64,000 bases of DNA from positions 64,173 to 128,172 of the forward strand of contig JAAOMT010000258.1 of assembly GCA_016748015.1 (NCBI GenBank), in the 5' to 3' direction. A model generated the notes under the pieces. The model saw nothing but the letters and a program-made list of their open reading frames with translations. It ran no database searches and was not told the origin of the DNA. The stretch comes from Geosiphon pyriformis uo1 (lineage: Eukaryota; Fungi; Glomeromycota). Below, piece after piece: positions 25,643 to 37,774 of the stretch (position 1 is its first letter; every line of letters begins with the position of its first letter). The translations under genes and the position numbers were made by a program.

Positions 25643-26302
25643 ATGGTAGACACAACAGGAAATATCAGAAAAATGGAAATTACAGACAACATTCACTCAT
25701 TAGCACAACAACTCTTTCAATTAATCCAACACCAGGAAATGGAGATTACAATCAATCAACAAACCATTTGATATCAAGATACTAGAAAAACATTTCAACT
25801 CAGAACACAGAAGAAAACTGAAAATACCATGGACAAAATTATGGCAAAAGTAAAATTAGCAATAAAAGAATCGACAAAAGAGTCACTATATCAAGAGTTG
25901 ACTAAAGAAACTTGGAATTGGTGGATACAACAATTCCCACGAAACTATTGTTATTTCTACTTGGGACAACACGTAAATATTCAAAATCTATATACGGATA
26001 AAACAAAGCGATTATTTGACAAAAGAATACTACAACAATTAGAACATTTTGTGAGAAAGAACAACTTATCTACACAAGCCCAAGCCATATACCGAATACA
26101 CACAGCATTTCAAAATAAACCAGAAATATTACACAACAGAACAATGGATATGGTTACCAGTAATCAACTAGGAAAAATCACCAATGCTCAATTTGAAAAA
26201 TTACAAACCCAAATAACACAAGTAATTCTCGAAAACGAAATCCAGAAAATACTTCAAGAAGGGGAATTACATGAGTTAGATTTCGATGAAGCTCAATATT
26301 AA
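25643..26302 (+). pseudogene. Gypsy B extra 3' ORF (~219 codons, unknown function, one in-frame TGA)
   Basis: ATG 25643 is in frame with ORF 25829..26302. The stop overlaps the PPT. Homologues occur in A, D, E and F. Confidence 0.85.
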
Positions 26303-26316
26303 AAAGAAGGAAATAA
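26301..26316 (+). other. Gypsy B polypurine tract
   Basis: AAAAAGAAGGAAATAA immediately before the 3' LTR. Confidence 0.87.
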
Positions 26317-27203
26317 TGTTACTCATAGAAATATAGGAAATATATTAACATAATTATTAGCCAATCAGAAGTAAGCATAGTAAATGTGGAATTCCAGGAT
26401 TCCTCTCAGGAATTGCAGGATTCCAGGAATTTCAGGATTCCCAATAAGGAATTGCAGGATTCCAGAATTCCAGGATTCCTCTCAAAAGAATCGCAAGATT
26501 CCAGGAATTCCAGAATTCCTGTTGTAAAGAATTGAGGAATTGAGGAATCTCAATTATGTATATATAGCAGTAGTATTAGAAACAGAAAAGACAGAATTGA
26601 TATCACAGAATCTTTAGCCTAGAAAACACAATCATCAAATAAATAATTATTCCATATCTCAACCCACTCTCCACTATCAACACTTTATGTTGATAGTAAT
26701 TGATACTTAACCACGCTGGAACAATAGCTCTTGATCATGGCTATTGATGAGATACTAATCTGCAAAATCCCCTTGGCTTATTTTTTTCTTTCTTTATTTT
26801 TCTTTTATTTATTTTTCTTTATTTTATTTTGATTTGTTGTTGTATACTAACTGATTAAAAGGATTAAGCACTGAGTTATTGACGTCAAGAATAGCCTGGT
26901 AAAAAACCCAGAAATAAGAGTAGAATTTTATATATTATCAGATAGCTTACCAAAAGGGCACGACTGCCAGACTAAATCTGGCCACCACACTGAGAAAGAA
27001 ATTGGAAAAACTCTTGGAAAGATATATCTATTATCGACACTATTGAATCTTTGTCCATTATACAAAGGACTCAACCAAAACCTTCAGACCCATCAAAACC
27101 TTCAGATACAACACTTACAGAACATCATCAACAGAAATAGCTTTTGAGCACTAAGTTACGGGTTTGTTATTTAATTCAACCACAGAAATAATCACCTGTA
27201 ACA
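26317..27203 (+). repeat. Gypsy B 3' LTR (887 bp)
   Basis: Direct repeat of the 5' LTR, 38 bp longer; the extra length lies in the U3 tandem array. Confidence 0.96.
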
Positions 27204-28508
27204 ACACACATCAAAAACATGACCAAATTGTTTACATTTGGCACAACACACTAATGAAAGACTAGCCCAGCACAAGTTCACTCATTTGAACACTGGGACA
27301 AAACCAATAGTAGCCAATTTGAATGCTTTATTAGCAAAACAAACCACAGCACATCTGTCATATACATATGAACTAGGATTGTGACCAATAAAACAAGTTC
27401 TCTTACCATATGAATCAAACAAACCAGACAAATCATGAGCAGTGATGCCAACTGGCAAAGTATAGAGCAAAGCTCTATGCTAATCTTTAAATACCTAAAA
27501 TTGTTTATTATCAATAGCTAGCACCACTTAAACTGAATTTTTTCTTATGAAAACAAACTATTTAGAAGCAACCAAACAGATAGCATCTACTGAATCAAAC
27601 TTAATCACAGCTTTTTGCCAAAGACCAATTAATTGCATCTTAACAGAAACAATCCCACCAAATTTGAAAAAGACTAATATAATGGCTAATTTGGGAAAAT
27701 CAACTGGAATCTCCTTGACAATCACCTCCTGATTTGACCAGCTGTTTACCTTTTTAAGATCATTATTGACAAAAATTTCTTCACTGATTGTCAGTGCCTT
27801 AGCCTTATTCAAACTAAATTCTGATGTAAAAGATGATATGATAATTCCAGAGAATTTTGAGGGAGTGGAGACACCTCCAAAATCATCTACTTGATAGAAA
27901 ATTTTTTTTATCGAAATTAATTTATTACTAACTAACTTGTCAGGCACTGCAGAAAACTTAATATTAAGTGCAAAAAATTTTGTCAAATTAAAACACCATG
28001 TTTCTAGGACATGTGATATGAGTGGTGGTACCTGATTAGACCTAATATCTACATGAGAAGGAAGCTTTAGCACAACATTGTTGTCACTCATACATTCGAA
28101 AAAAAGTTGCTTTAGTAGATTGCCCAACACATACATTCGAGTGTAAGTTTTTCCCAGTGTAGTCTCATTCATATTATTGTCTTCATTTGATTCCACATAA
28201 TTGGTTTCCTTAGTCACTGTGTTTGCCATAGTTTCTACATCTGAGAGATTGCTTATACTGCCAGCAACACTGCCAATTTTACTTCTCCAGAACACCCCAG
28301 ACTTGATGTCAATACTCCTAATATTTTCTATGCTCAACAGGCCAGCAGACAAGTCGATCACATTACTGGCAACAATCTTTTTTGGTTTTTTGTAGGACAT
28401 ACTTCAAGAGTAGACCATATCCACACACTTACTTTTTGCACTTTGGCAGGTCCCCAAACCAGCCAAAATTGAACTCGAGCCATCAACAGAAAAGCCCACT
28501 AGTTCTAT
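27204..28508 (-). pseudogene. LINE-a ORF1, N-terminal part with CX2CX4HX4C knuckle
   Basis: ORF 27558..28400 plus 27282..27470. The CAKCKQFGHVFDVC knuckle ends at the Gypsy B junction. The start (ATA GAA CTA GTG GGC) matches the LINE-b and LINE-c starts. Confidence 0.85.
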
Positions 28509-28653
28509 TGTGACAAACAGAGATATAGTAAAAGAAATAGCTAATAGAAACTAGGAGAAAGGAAAAAAAAAAAGCAATTTCTTCAAAGTTATCTATGCTC
28601 TCGTTGAGATCAGAGGATCAACAAGAGAAAGATGTACTCACTTTAACTTATAT

Positions 28654-29370
28654 TGTACATATTTTTAAACAAACTTATTTAAAAAACAATTTGAAAAACA
28701 AAAACAATTACATTAATTAAATAATTTTCTTGGTTATTTTTAGTTAATTATCTCTTAAGTTTAAAGTTTAAAGTTATTAAATTCAAAAAATGAGTAATAA
28801 TTGCTAAAACTTTTTTAAAAATAAAAAAATTATTAAGTTGTTTTATTCTTAAGTTTTTAATAAATAATTCAAACTTTTTATTCCAAAACCTAATCTTTCA
28901 AATAATAGTTTATATAAATATTTTTCCAAACAATAGTATTATAAAACATTTAAACAATTTTTAAACAATAAAACACAATACTTTTATTTTTGTTTAAAAA
29001 TAATGTTCAAAATTTAATTAATTAACTATAAAATTTTAAAAAACAGTTGCAGCAAATTAATATAATAATAATCACATATTTCAAATTATTAAAAAAAAAT
29101 TACTAATAATTTAAATAAACAAATTACATAATATTTTTTTAAATATAAATTATAAAAATATTTTTTATAACCTAATTTAAAAAAATTTTAGACTTTAATC
29201 TTAAAATTAAAATAGTAAATAAACTAAAATAATAAGTTCAAGCTTTAAAAAAATAGCAATTGAATATATAAAAGCAACTCGAAAATTAATTAAATAAAAA
29301 ACAGAAATTTCATTTTTTATAAAAAAGTTGAAAATTAATCTATTTTATGTTTTATAATATTTTCTGGTTT
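28654..29370 (+). mobile_element. Highly decayed gag remnant related to Gypsy C (probable target of LINE-a)
   Basis: 28930-29090 aligns by eye with C gag 9100-9260 after C>T/G>A erosion (aatgttcaaaatttaatt versus gatgtccaagacccaatt). Confidence 0.5.
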
Positions 29371-29929
29371 GAAAAACAATCTAATATTAAACATAACTAT
29401 TAAATTATTCCAAAAATTAAGAACAATTAAAACATGTACTTTTAACATATTTTTTAATAGCTATTCTTATATTTGCTTTTGTTTTATAAATAATTATTAT
29501 ATTTTTTATTATTTAAATATAAAATCTAAAGAAATCATTAATAAAGCAAATTTGTTTAACTTTAAAAAATTTTGGTTTAAACTGTATTGAAAATCAAAAT
29601 CTTAATCAAATTGTAAAAAAAGGGGTAAAGATCAACAAAATTTACAAATTTCACTTTTTAAAATCAAAAGTCAGATAAAGTAAGATAGAATGGTCTCAAC
29701 CAAATTTTTTAACAATTATCTATAGTGCTGTTTAATTAAAGAATTTGAGCCAATAATTTTCAATTTTTGTAAAGTTACTTTTGAAATTTTTTTTTTTAAT
29801 CTGCCAAATAATACTTTTTGGATAAAAATTTTTCCGCAAAAAAAATAATAAATGTTTAAAACTGCGGCCAGGCTTCCCTTTTTCCAAAAACAAGAAATTT
29901 ATGGTATCTCTTCAGTTTTAAACACAGGG

Positions 29930-30489
29930 TACATCAAAATTTTAATACAATAACTATTTTTATATAGTTAAATTCAACACATAATAATAATGAAAGTTTT
30001 TCGCCTTAAAACTCAAATGCCTAACCGGAAGCCTGCTGGAGTAATTTTTTTGACGGGGGGGCCAACATAAACAACTGTTGTTTAACGGCGCGTAAAAATT
30101 TTTGGATCATAAAATTTCAAATATTAGACCCCCGAAAAAATCAGAAAAAGGGTTCAAAACACGTCAAAAAAAAGAAAAACAAATNNNNNNNNNNNNNNNN
30201 NNNNNNNNNNNNNNNNNNNNNNNNNNNNNNNNNNTACATCAAAATTTTAATACAATAACTATTTTTATATAGTTAAATTCAACACATAATAATAATGAAA
30301 GTTTTTCGCCTTAAAACTCAAATGCCTAACCGGAAGCCTGCTGGAGTAATTTTTTTGACGGGGGGGCCAACATAAACAACTGTTGTTTAACGGCGCGTAA
30401 AAATTTTTGGATCATAAAATTTCAAATATTAGACCCCCGAAAAAATCAGAAAAAGGGTTCAAAACACGTCAAAAAAAAGAAAAACAAAT
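29930..30489. repeat. Identical 255-bp direct duplication (29930-30184 / 30235-30489) around a 50-N gap; probable assembly artefact of the promoter region
   Basis: The copies appear identical, and each ends or starts exactly at the gap. Confidence 0.8.
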
Positions 30490-30638
30490 CCAGTTGATAT
30501 CATTCGATATCAAATCTGTTGACATCATCAATTTTTCTCATATTATATATACTCTTGCCGTAATTTACAAATTTCAAAAGTCAGATTTCAAAAGTCAAAT
30601 TTCAAACTCATAAAACTTAAACACGTACTATAAGCTTC

Positions 30639-33213
30639 ATGTATCGTAGGGTTTACTACAAAAAATACCTAAGGTTCTATAGTGATGAAGAATTGGAGCC
30701 CTATATTAGAAAAAAACCAGTTGAAACCTCTCAAGTGGGGAATAACGAGTCTGTAGACGTCCCAGTGGCCAAAATTGAGGGAAGCAGTATTCCCTTCCAA
30801 AACACTTCGTCAAACGACGAAGAGGTAAATGTGGACTTGACCAAGACAAGTGTAACTATAAAAGAAAAAGTTTCTNNNNNNNNNNNNNNNNNNNNNNNNN
30901 NNNNNNNNNNNNNNNNNNNNNNNNNNNNNNNNNNNNNNNNNNNNNNNNNNNNNNNNNNNNNNNNNNNNNNNNNNNNNNNNNNNNNNNNNNNNNNNNNNNN
31001 NNNNNNNNNNNNNNNNNNNNNNNNNNNNNNNNNNNNNNNNNNNNNNNNNNNNNNNNNNNNNNNNNNNNNNNNNNNNNNNNNNNNNNNNNNNNNNNNNNNN
31101 NNNNNNNNNNNNNNNNNNNNNNNNNNNNNNNNNNNNNNNNNNNNNNNNNNNNNNNNNNNNNNNNNNNNNNNNNNNNNNNNNNNNNNNNNNNNNNNNNNNN
31201 NNNNNNNNNNNNNNNNNNNNNNNNNNNNNNNNNNNNNNNNNNNNNNNNNNNNNNNNNNNNNNNNNNNNNNNNNNNNNNNNNNNNNNNNNNNNNNNNNNNN
31301 NNNNNNNNNNNNNNNNNNNNNNNNNNNNNNNNNNNNNNNNNNNNNNNNNNNNNNNNNNNNNNNNNNNNNNNNNNNNNNNNNNNNNNNNNNNNNNNNNNNN
31401 NNNNNNNNNNNNNNNNNNNNNNNNNNNNNNNNNNNNNNNNNNNNNNNNNNNNNNNNNNNNNNNNNNNNNNNNNNNNNNNNNNNNNNNNNNNNNNNNNNNN
31501 NNNNNNNNNNNNNNNNNNNNNNNNNNNNNNNNNNNNNNNNNNNNNNNNNNNNNNNNNNNNNNNNNNNNNNNNNNNNNNNNNNNNNNNNNNNNNNNNNNNN
31601 NNNNNNNNNNNNNNNNNNNNNNNNNNNNNNNNNNNNNNNNNNNNNNNNNNNNNNNNNNNNNNNNNNNNNNNNNNNNNNNNNNNNNNNNNNNNNNNNNNNN
31701 NNNNNNNNNNNNNNNNNNNNNNNNNNNNNNNNNNNNNNNNNNNNNNNNNNNNNNNNNNNNNNNNNNNNNNNNNNNNNNNNNNNNNNNNNNNNNNNNNNNN
31801 NNNNNNNNNNNNNNNNNNNNNNNNNNNNNNNNNNNNNNNNNNNNNNNNNNNNNNNNNNNNNNNNNNNNNAATCTAGAAGGCGAAGAAAACCTAGCAGACG
31901 AAGAAAATCTAGAAGACGAAGGAAATCTGGAGCGCAAAGAATATCTAGCAGACGATGAATATCTAGCAGACGATGAATATCTATCAGACGATGGATATCT
32001 AGCAGACGATGAATATCTAGCAGACGATGAATATCTAGCAGACGATGAATATCTAGCAGACGAAGAAAATCTAGAAGACGAAAAAAATCTAGAAGATGAA
32101 GAAAACCTCGAACGCAAAGAAAATCTGGCAGACGAAGAAAATTTAGAACGCAAAGAAAATCTAGAAGACGAAGAAAATTTAGAACGCAAAGGAAATGAAA
32201 GTGAAGTAATTATGGAAAATAATAAAAATAAGATTACTCAATTGAGAGTGATTGAAGAAAAAACATTAAAAGTTCATCAAGAAATGGGAATATCCAGCGT
32301 TAATAATAAGGAAAATAATAATNNNNNNNNNNNNNNNNNNNNNNNNNNNNNNNNNNNNNNNNNNNNNNNNNNGGGATAACGGGGCCAAAAAAACAAAGGT
32401 GATATCGAGTCCTTTCTGTGAAAAGGAGACCAATAGTGATAAAATCCTCCTAATGGAGGAGAAAACTGGTGAGACGAGGCAAGCTATTGAAGAAAATCTA
32501 GAAGATGAAGAAAATCTAGAAGGCGAAGAAAACCTAGCAGACGAAGAAAATCTAGAAGACGAAGGAAATCTGGAGCGCAAAGAATATCTAGCAGACGATG
32601 AATATCTAGCAGACGATGAATATCTATCAGACGATGGATATCTAGCAGACGATGAATATCTAGCAGACGATGAATATCTAGCAGACGATGAATATCTAGC
32701 AGACGAAGAAAATCTAGAAGACGAAAAAAATCTAGAAGATGAAGAAAACCTCGAACNNNNNNNNNNNNNNNNNNNNNNNNNNNNNNNNNNNNNNNNNNNN
32801 NNNNNNNNNNNNNNNNNNNNNNNNNNNNNNNNNNNAAATAGAGATTTGGATAGTAAAGTAAATGAACTGAAAATGGCCAGAAAGGAATCACTGATACAAA
32901 ATCACAATGAGGAGATTGAAGGCGATGACTCCTTAGTGCCTGTTGTTTTTATTGACAACAGCAACCTTTTTGAAATTGAGGCTCGTTGTGTAAAATCAAC
33001 AGCTGATATTAATCCATCGAAAGGATACAGGTAATATTTCGTATCAAATTTTTTAATATGTTAAATAACAGCAACTGAAAATTAAATATTGATGACTTTA
33101 GGAAAAGAAAATCGGATGTTGAAGTGGATAGGTGGGTAGGAAGCAGGAAGAAGCAACACCTTGATTCAAGGACAGAAAATTCAATACCAAAGAGAAAAAA
33201 AAAATACAAATAA
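30639..33213 (+). CDS. Host gene for an acidic hexapeptide-repeat protein with basic NLS-like C-terminus (gapped; segment order uncertain; predicted intron 33031-33101)
   Basis: ATG 30639 is open up to the gap; EYLADD/ENLEDE repeats; CpGs retained. Removing the 71-bp GTAATA...TTTAG intron gives RKRKSDVEVDRWVGSRKKQHLDSRTENSIPKRKKKYK*. Confidence 0.7.
31870..32756 (+). repeat. 18-bp coding tandem repeat (GAATATCTAGCAGACGAT / GAAAATCTAGAAGACGAA); 31870-32113 duplicates 32513-32756
   Basis: Read directly; the 244-bp duplicate blocks abut N gaps. Confidence 0.9.
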
Positions 33214-33289
33214 TTGTTTATAAAAAAATACAAGTAATTGTTTATAAAAAAATAAAAATATTTTAAGAAATAACCAAAAAAAATACATA

Positions 33290-34640
33290 AAACATTTTTT
33301 TAAAAGTTTAATCTTGTTTGAATCTCTTTAAATGTTATTTATTTAATAATATGTTCCAAAAACTTGAAATTTGTTTTTTAAAAAAAAATTATTAATATTA
33401 AGTTTTAATTCTGTTTATTTAAGCTATTTAAATATTTTTATAAATAATATAGTATTTATTAAACATTTTAGAAAATATATTAATATTATTTAGTATATAT
33501 TTATTAACTTTTATAATATTTTTGAATAAATAATTTTTATAAATTATTAAAATATTGTTAATATATTAATTAAGCTAAATAGCATAATATTAAATTCAAA
33601 GTTTTTTTAATAGTAATTATAATTTTTTGTTATTTGAATTTATAACTCCTTATTAGTAACTACTATTTAAATTTAATATTAAAAACTATTTTTTTGTATC
33701 AAAACAATTAAATATTTAAAATTAAATAACTGTTATTATAAGTAATATTGTTAAGTTTTTTATAATTTATATAAAAATAGCTTTTTTTATTTTTTCAGAA
33801 TTAATACTATTAATAATAATTATAAATTTATTAATAGTTATATTAAACTAGTATTTAATATTTAATTGATTTTGTGTTATAATTTCATAGCTTATAAATA
33901 ATAATTATTAAGTTTTTTGTTTTATTAAGATAATATTTTTGGTTTTAATTTAGTATTAAATAATATTAATTTTTTAAAATTTATTTTTATTAACAAAAAT
34001 ATTAGTCTAGTTGTTAAACAACATTTTAATTTATATTTGCTTAAGTAAATTCAATTTTTAGTTATATTTATATTATAAAATTTTCATATTTACATAATTG
34101 TAAAAATTCTAAAACATATAATAGTAATTGTTTTTTAATTTTTGAACTTAAATATTTAATAATTATGTTAACTAAAATTCTAACATAGTTTTTTGTAATA
34201 TTATAAATTAAAATTTGAATATTTTTGTAGTTTTTGACTAATATATATATATTAATAATAACAATAAATTTATTTTAACAAATAGTTAACTTAATTTCAA
34301 AAATTTGGAGTTAGTTTTTGATTTTTTTGGATATTTTTAGTAAGTAATATATAATATAATTGTTATTAAAATTTTTAATGTTATTTTTAAATTTATTTTT
34401 ATAAGGAAATAAAGTTTTAATATTATTAATAATTTTTTAACAAAATTAAAATAAATATTATTAGATTTTTTATAATAATACTTAATAATTAAAGCAGATT
34501 TTTTTATTAAATAATTATATTTAACCAAATTAATTATCTATAATAAACTTATTAAATTACTTATTTTTAATATTTTGCTTAATAAAACATATATTTAAAA
34601 AATTTAATATATTATAACAATAATTATTAATAATATATTA
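33290..34640 (-). mobile_element. Decayed Gypsy pol fragment G (dUTPase end to RT)
   Basis: 33310-33380 aligns with A RT 6730-6800; 34120-34320 aligns with E 59150-59340. Boundaries are approximate. Confidence 0.65.
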
Positions 34641-36865
34641 ATTTTTATTTTATTTTTATTTTGTTTTGTTGTTTTTTTTAAAACTCAAATTAATTAATAA
34701 ATAAGTACTAAGATTATAATATCAAAAATAACACAAAATAAATATATAATTAATTTATTAAAAAATAAAAAACATCAAAATAAATTAGTTATATTGTTAA
34801 AAAAATAAAACACAAAGTATTATTAATTATTAAAACTTAGATATTTATTTTTTATACAAAAAACTTAATTAAAAATTTTTTTAAATATATAAAATTTTTC
34901 AAATTATATTATTAATTTACAGTAAATTATTAATTTATAATATTATTTTAGATAAAACATATTTAAAAGTCTTTTTTTTAATATTTTTATTTTATTTTTA
35001 TTTTTAATTAAACCAATAATAGAAATACTTTTTATATTTAATATTAAAAACAAAAATATATTAAAATAAATAACTTATAAAATAAATTAAATATAAAAAA
35101 AACAAAGTATTTTTTTAATATTTTTTGTTTTTTTTATAATTAAAAGATTATAAAGAAAAAAAGTTTTTTATCATATTATTGTATTTAATATTTAATATAA
35201 AATTAGTTTTTGTTATATAACTTTTTTTTTATTAATTATATTTAAAAATTACAATTAATATAAAAAATTTATTATTATAATATATTATATATATCAAAAT
35301 AAAAATAAAAATTTAAAAATAAAAAATATGTAAAAAATATATTAATTACTGTAATATAAATTTTTAATATAATATAATTATTTAAAATCACAATTTAAAT
35401 TATTTAATTTTAATTTTATTTATTTATTTAATAAATATAGTCTAATTACTTAGAATTCTAAATTAAATATAATTTATATATTTTTTATATATAACCAATT
35501 ACTTGGCTAATTAAAATAAGATTACACAATTATTTTAACAAAAATATTATTATTTATATTAATAAAAAACAAACAAACAATTTTAGAACCAAAATTTACA
35601 ATATAATTTTTTACTATTTTAACAATTATATAATATTTTTTAACAATTTTATTAAAAAACTTTAAGATATATTAAATTATTACAATTTAATAAACTTTTT
35701 ATTATTATTTTTGCTTGAAGTTTTAAATTAAATATTTAAATTCAATCTTAATAGTCAAAAACTAAATTGTAAACAAAATTAATTAATTTTAAAGCAATAA
35801 GTTTAATATTTCTAAAAAGTTTTAATTTCTGTTAGCAAATATTTAAACATAAAATTTTTATTCAAAATTGTATACAAATTAATATTATTAATACTTAAAA
35901 CCAATAATTAAAGCATAATAAATAATATTAAATTTTTTTTTCTTTTAATAAGTGAAATCCAAACACTATCTAATATAATACTTCATATAAATAATCTAAA
36001 CTAAGTGTAAATTATGTATTTTCAACATGTGACCAGCCACTTAGGTCAATCAGAACAATATTAAACATCTATATAAACAGAGACTGTGTTTTTTATATCT
36101 AAAAAAAACAAACAAGATTTATGAAACCCAAAATCCACATCAACTATCTTAACAATACTCAATAACTTAATCACATTGGCTGAAAACATTGAAGAAAGAC
36201 CAGAAACTAGAACAGAAATAGAACTATTATACAGAATCAGACCATTTTTTTCTATAAAAGCTTAGTGCTTGACATGAACCAATCAGATATCTTCCCAAAA
36301 TGCAAGACAAAATTTGTGCACAAAACTCATAATACACTGGCTTATAATCTTAGAATCTTTGAAAACTGAAACAAACTCATAATATCAATCATTAAAAACA
36401 AAATCTTTAAACAAAGCCATGTTGATTGCAACATCAGAAACACAAGTGAACAACAACTGCAAAACACAAAAAAAACAAGATAAACCAGAGTGCACATTCC
36501 AAACAAAAGCATAGGTGTTCAAAAACCAAGCACAACCAGCAGCATCAAATGGACAAGAAAAGACATGGTCTGAGATCTCAACATCACTACAAAACAAGCA
36601 AACCACACTGGAATAATACCTATCATATAGTTACTTATGTATAGCAACAGAAATCTGATAATAAAAAGCTTTTATAAAATATGTTCAAGAACCAGCAGTT
36701 TGTTTATTAGTGAAACCAGCTGCCAAATAAGAATCAGAATGCTACACCAAAGATAACCTGAACCAATTAATATCCATATACATGCTGTCTGCTACCACCC
36801 AGAAACCAGAGCCAGTTTTCTAATGTACACAATAAACAGACCAAAAAATCTCTTAAACAAAATAT

Positions 36866-37774
36866 TGTTACAAATAATTATTTTAGATAGTTAGAGTAAA
36901 TAACAAACCTGTAACTTGGTGCTCAATGGATATGAGATGGTAGTAATCTAAAGGTTTTCGCATCCTGAAGGTTTTGATTAAGTCTTTTGTATAATAAATA
37001 GAGATTCCTGTATTATTTTATCTGTAATCTTCCAGAATTGCAATTCTATCAATTTCTTTTTTAGCTTGATGGTCAGCAATCCTCTGGTAAGTAATCCATA
37101 ATTCTTACACATTCTACCCACACATAGTGGTTTTTTACCAGACAATCCTTGACATCAATAACTTAGCACTTAATCCTTAAAAAGTTTAATAAACCCCTAA
37201 TAAAATACAACAAAATAAAAAATATTAAGCCAAGGCAATACAAGTTAGTATCTTGTCAATAGTCATAATCAAGAGCTATTGTTCATGTGTAGTTTAAGTA
37301 TTAATTACTATCAACTTTTAGAACTGATAGCAAGCAATTGGATTTGGAAATGCTGAATAAGTATATTTATTGATATTTTGAAATGATATGTTTTTAACTA
37401 AAAATGATAACTAATAACTTTCTGTCTTTGGATTTTCTCTTTCTGCTTTTAATACTACTGCTATATATACATATTTTTTAATTTTACAGAATTGCTTTGA
37501 ATTGTCTGTTTTTGTTAGCTATTGCTTCGTTTTTTTATGTTATAGCTAATTATCTTATGTTATAATATGTTATTTGATGTTATTCTGTATTATAACATGT
37601 TATTCTATGTTATAATGCATTATTTTGTGTTATCCTGTATTATAATATGTTATCCTATGTTATAATGCATTATCCAACATTATTGCATGTTATTTTGTGT
37701 TTTTTTACATTTTGTCTCATTTTTTAGGTTACATTTTTCTTTCTTTCTTTGATTGGCTTTTTTTTTAAGTAATA
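36866..37774 (-). repeat. Gypsy D 3' LTR
   Basis: Direct repeat of 46098-47020, adjacent to the PPT. Confidence 0.92.

Larger units (their letters stand above)
17066..27203 (+). mobile_element. Gypsy B: full-length Ty3/Gypsy element with dUTPase and extra 3' ORF, inserted in LINE-a ORF1
   Basis: LTRs at 17066-17914 and 26317-27203 (TGTTA...TAACA), TSD ACAC (17062-65 / 27204-07), PBS, PPT and the complete domain order. Confidence 0.97.
1234..28641 (-). mobile_element. LINE-a: full-length non-LTR retrotransposon (ORF1 with CCHC knuckle; ORF2 APE-RT-RNase H-Zn finger), ~6.84 kb after removing nested Gypsy A and B
   Basis: Poly(T) at ~1235-1243 is the poly(A) tail. The 3'UTR motif acatgtgaccagccact is shared with LINE-b. 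Reading frames rejoin across both insertions once the 4-bp TSDs are removed. TTTAACTTATAT at 1222-1233 and 28642-28653 is a candidate TSD. Confidence 0.92.

Noticed and set aside
25643-26302. env gene or chromodomain
   Set aside because: No signal peptide, transmembrane segment or furin site; no aromatic-cage chromodomain motif; and it is a separate ORF.
29930-30489. 255-bp direct repeat as an LTR or real duplication
   Set aside because: Identical copies abut a 50-N gap with no TG..CA termini or TSD; typical of an unmerged contig overlap.
30810-32891. Minus-strand Ser/Arg-rich and LLDIHR-repeat ORFs, and the 439-aa ORF ending SRRRRK
   Set aside because: Shadow frames of the 18-bp repeat, or frames carried arbitrarily across N gaps.
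33190-33255. 24-bp tandem duplication over the gene's stop codon
   Set aside because: A simple slippage duplication with no evidence of function.
34640-35400. AT desert as centromere, organellar insert or origin (also 740-1220)
   Set aside because: Neighbouring AT-rich tracts align to eroded TEs and there is no positive evidence; left unassigned.
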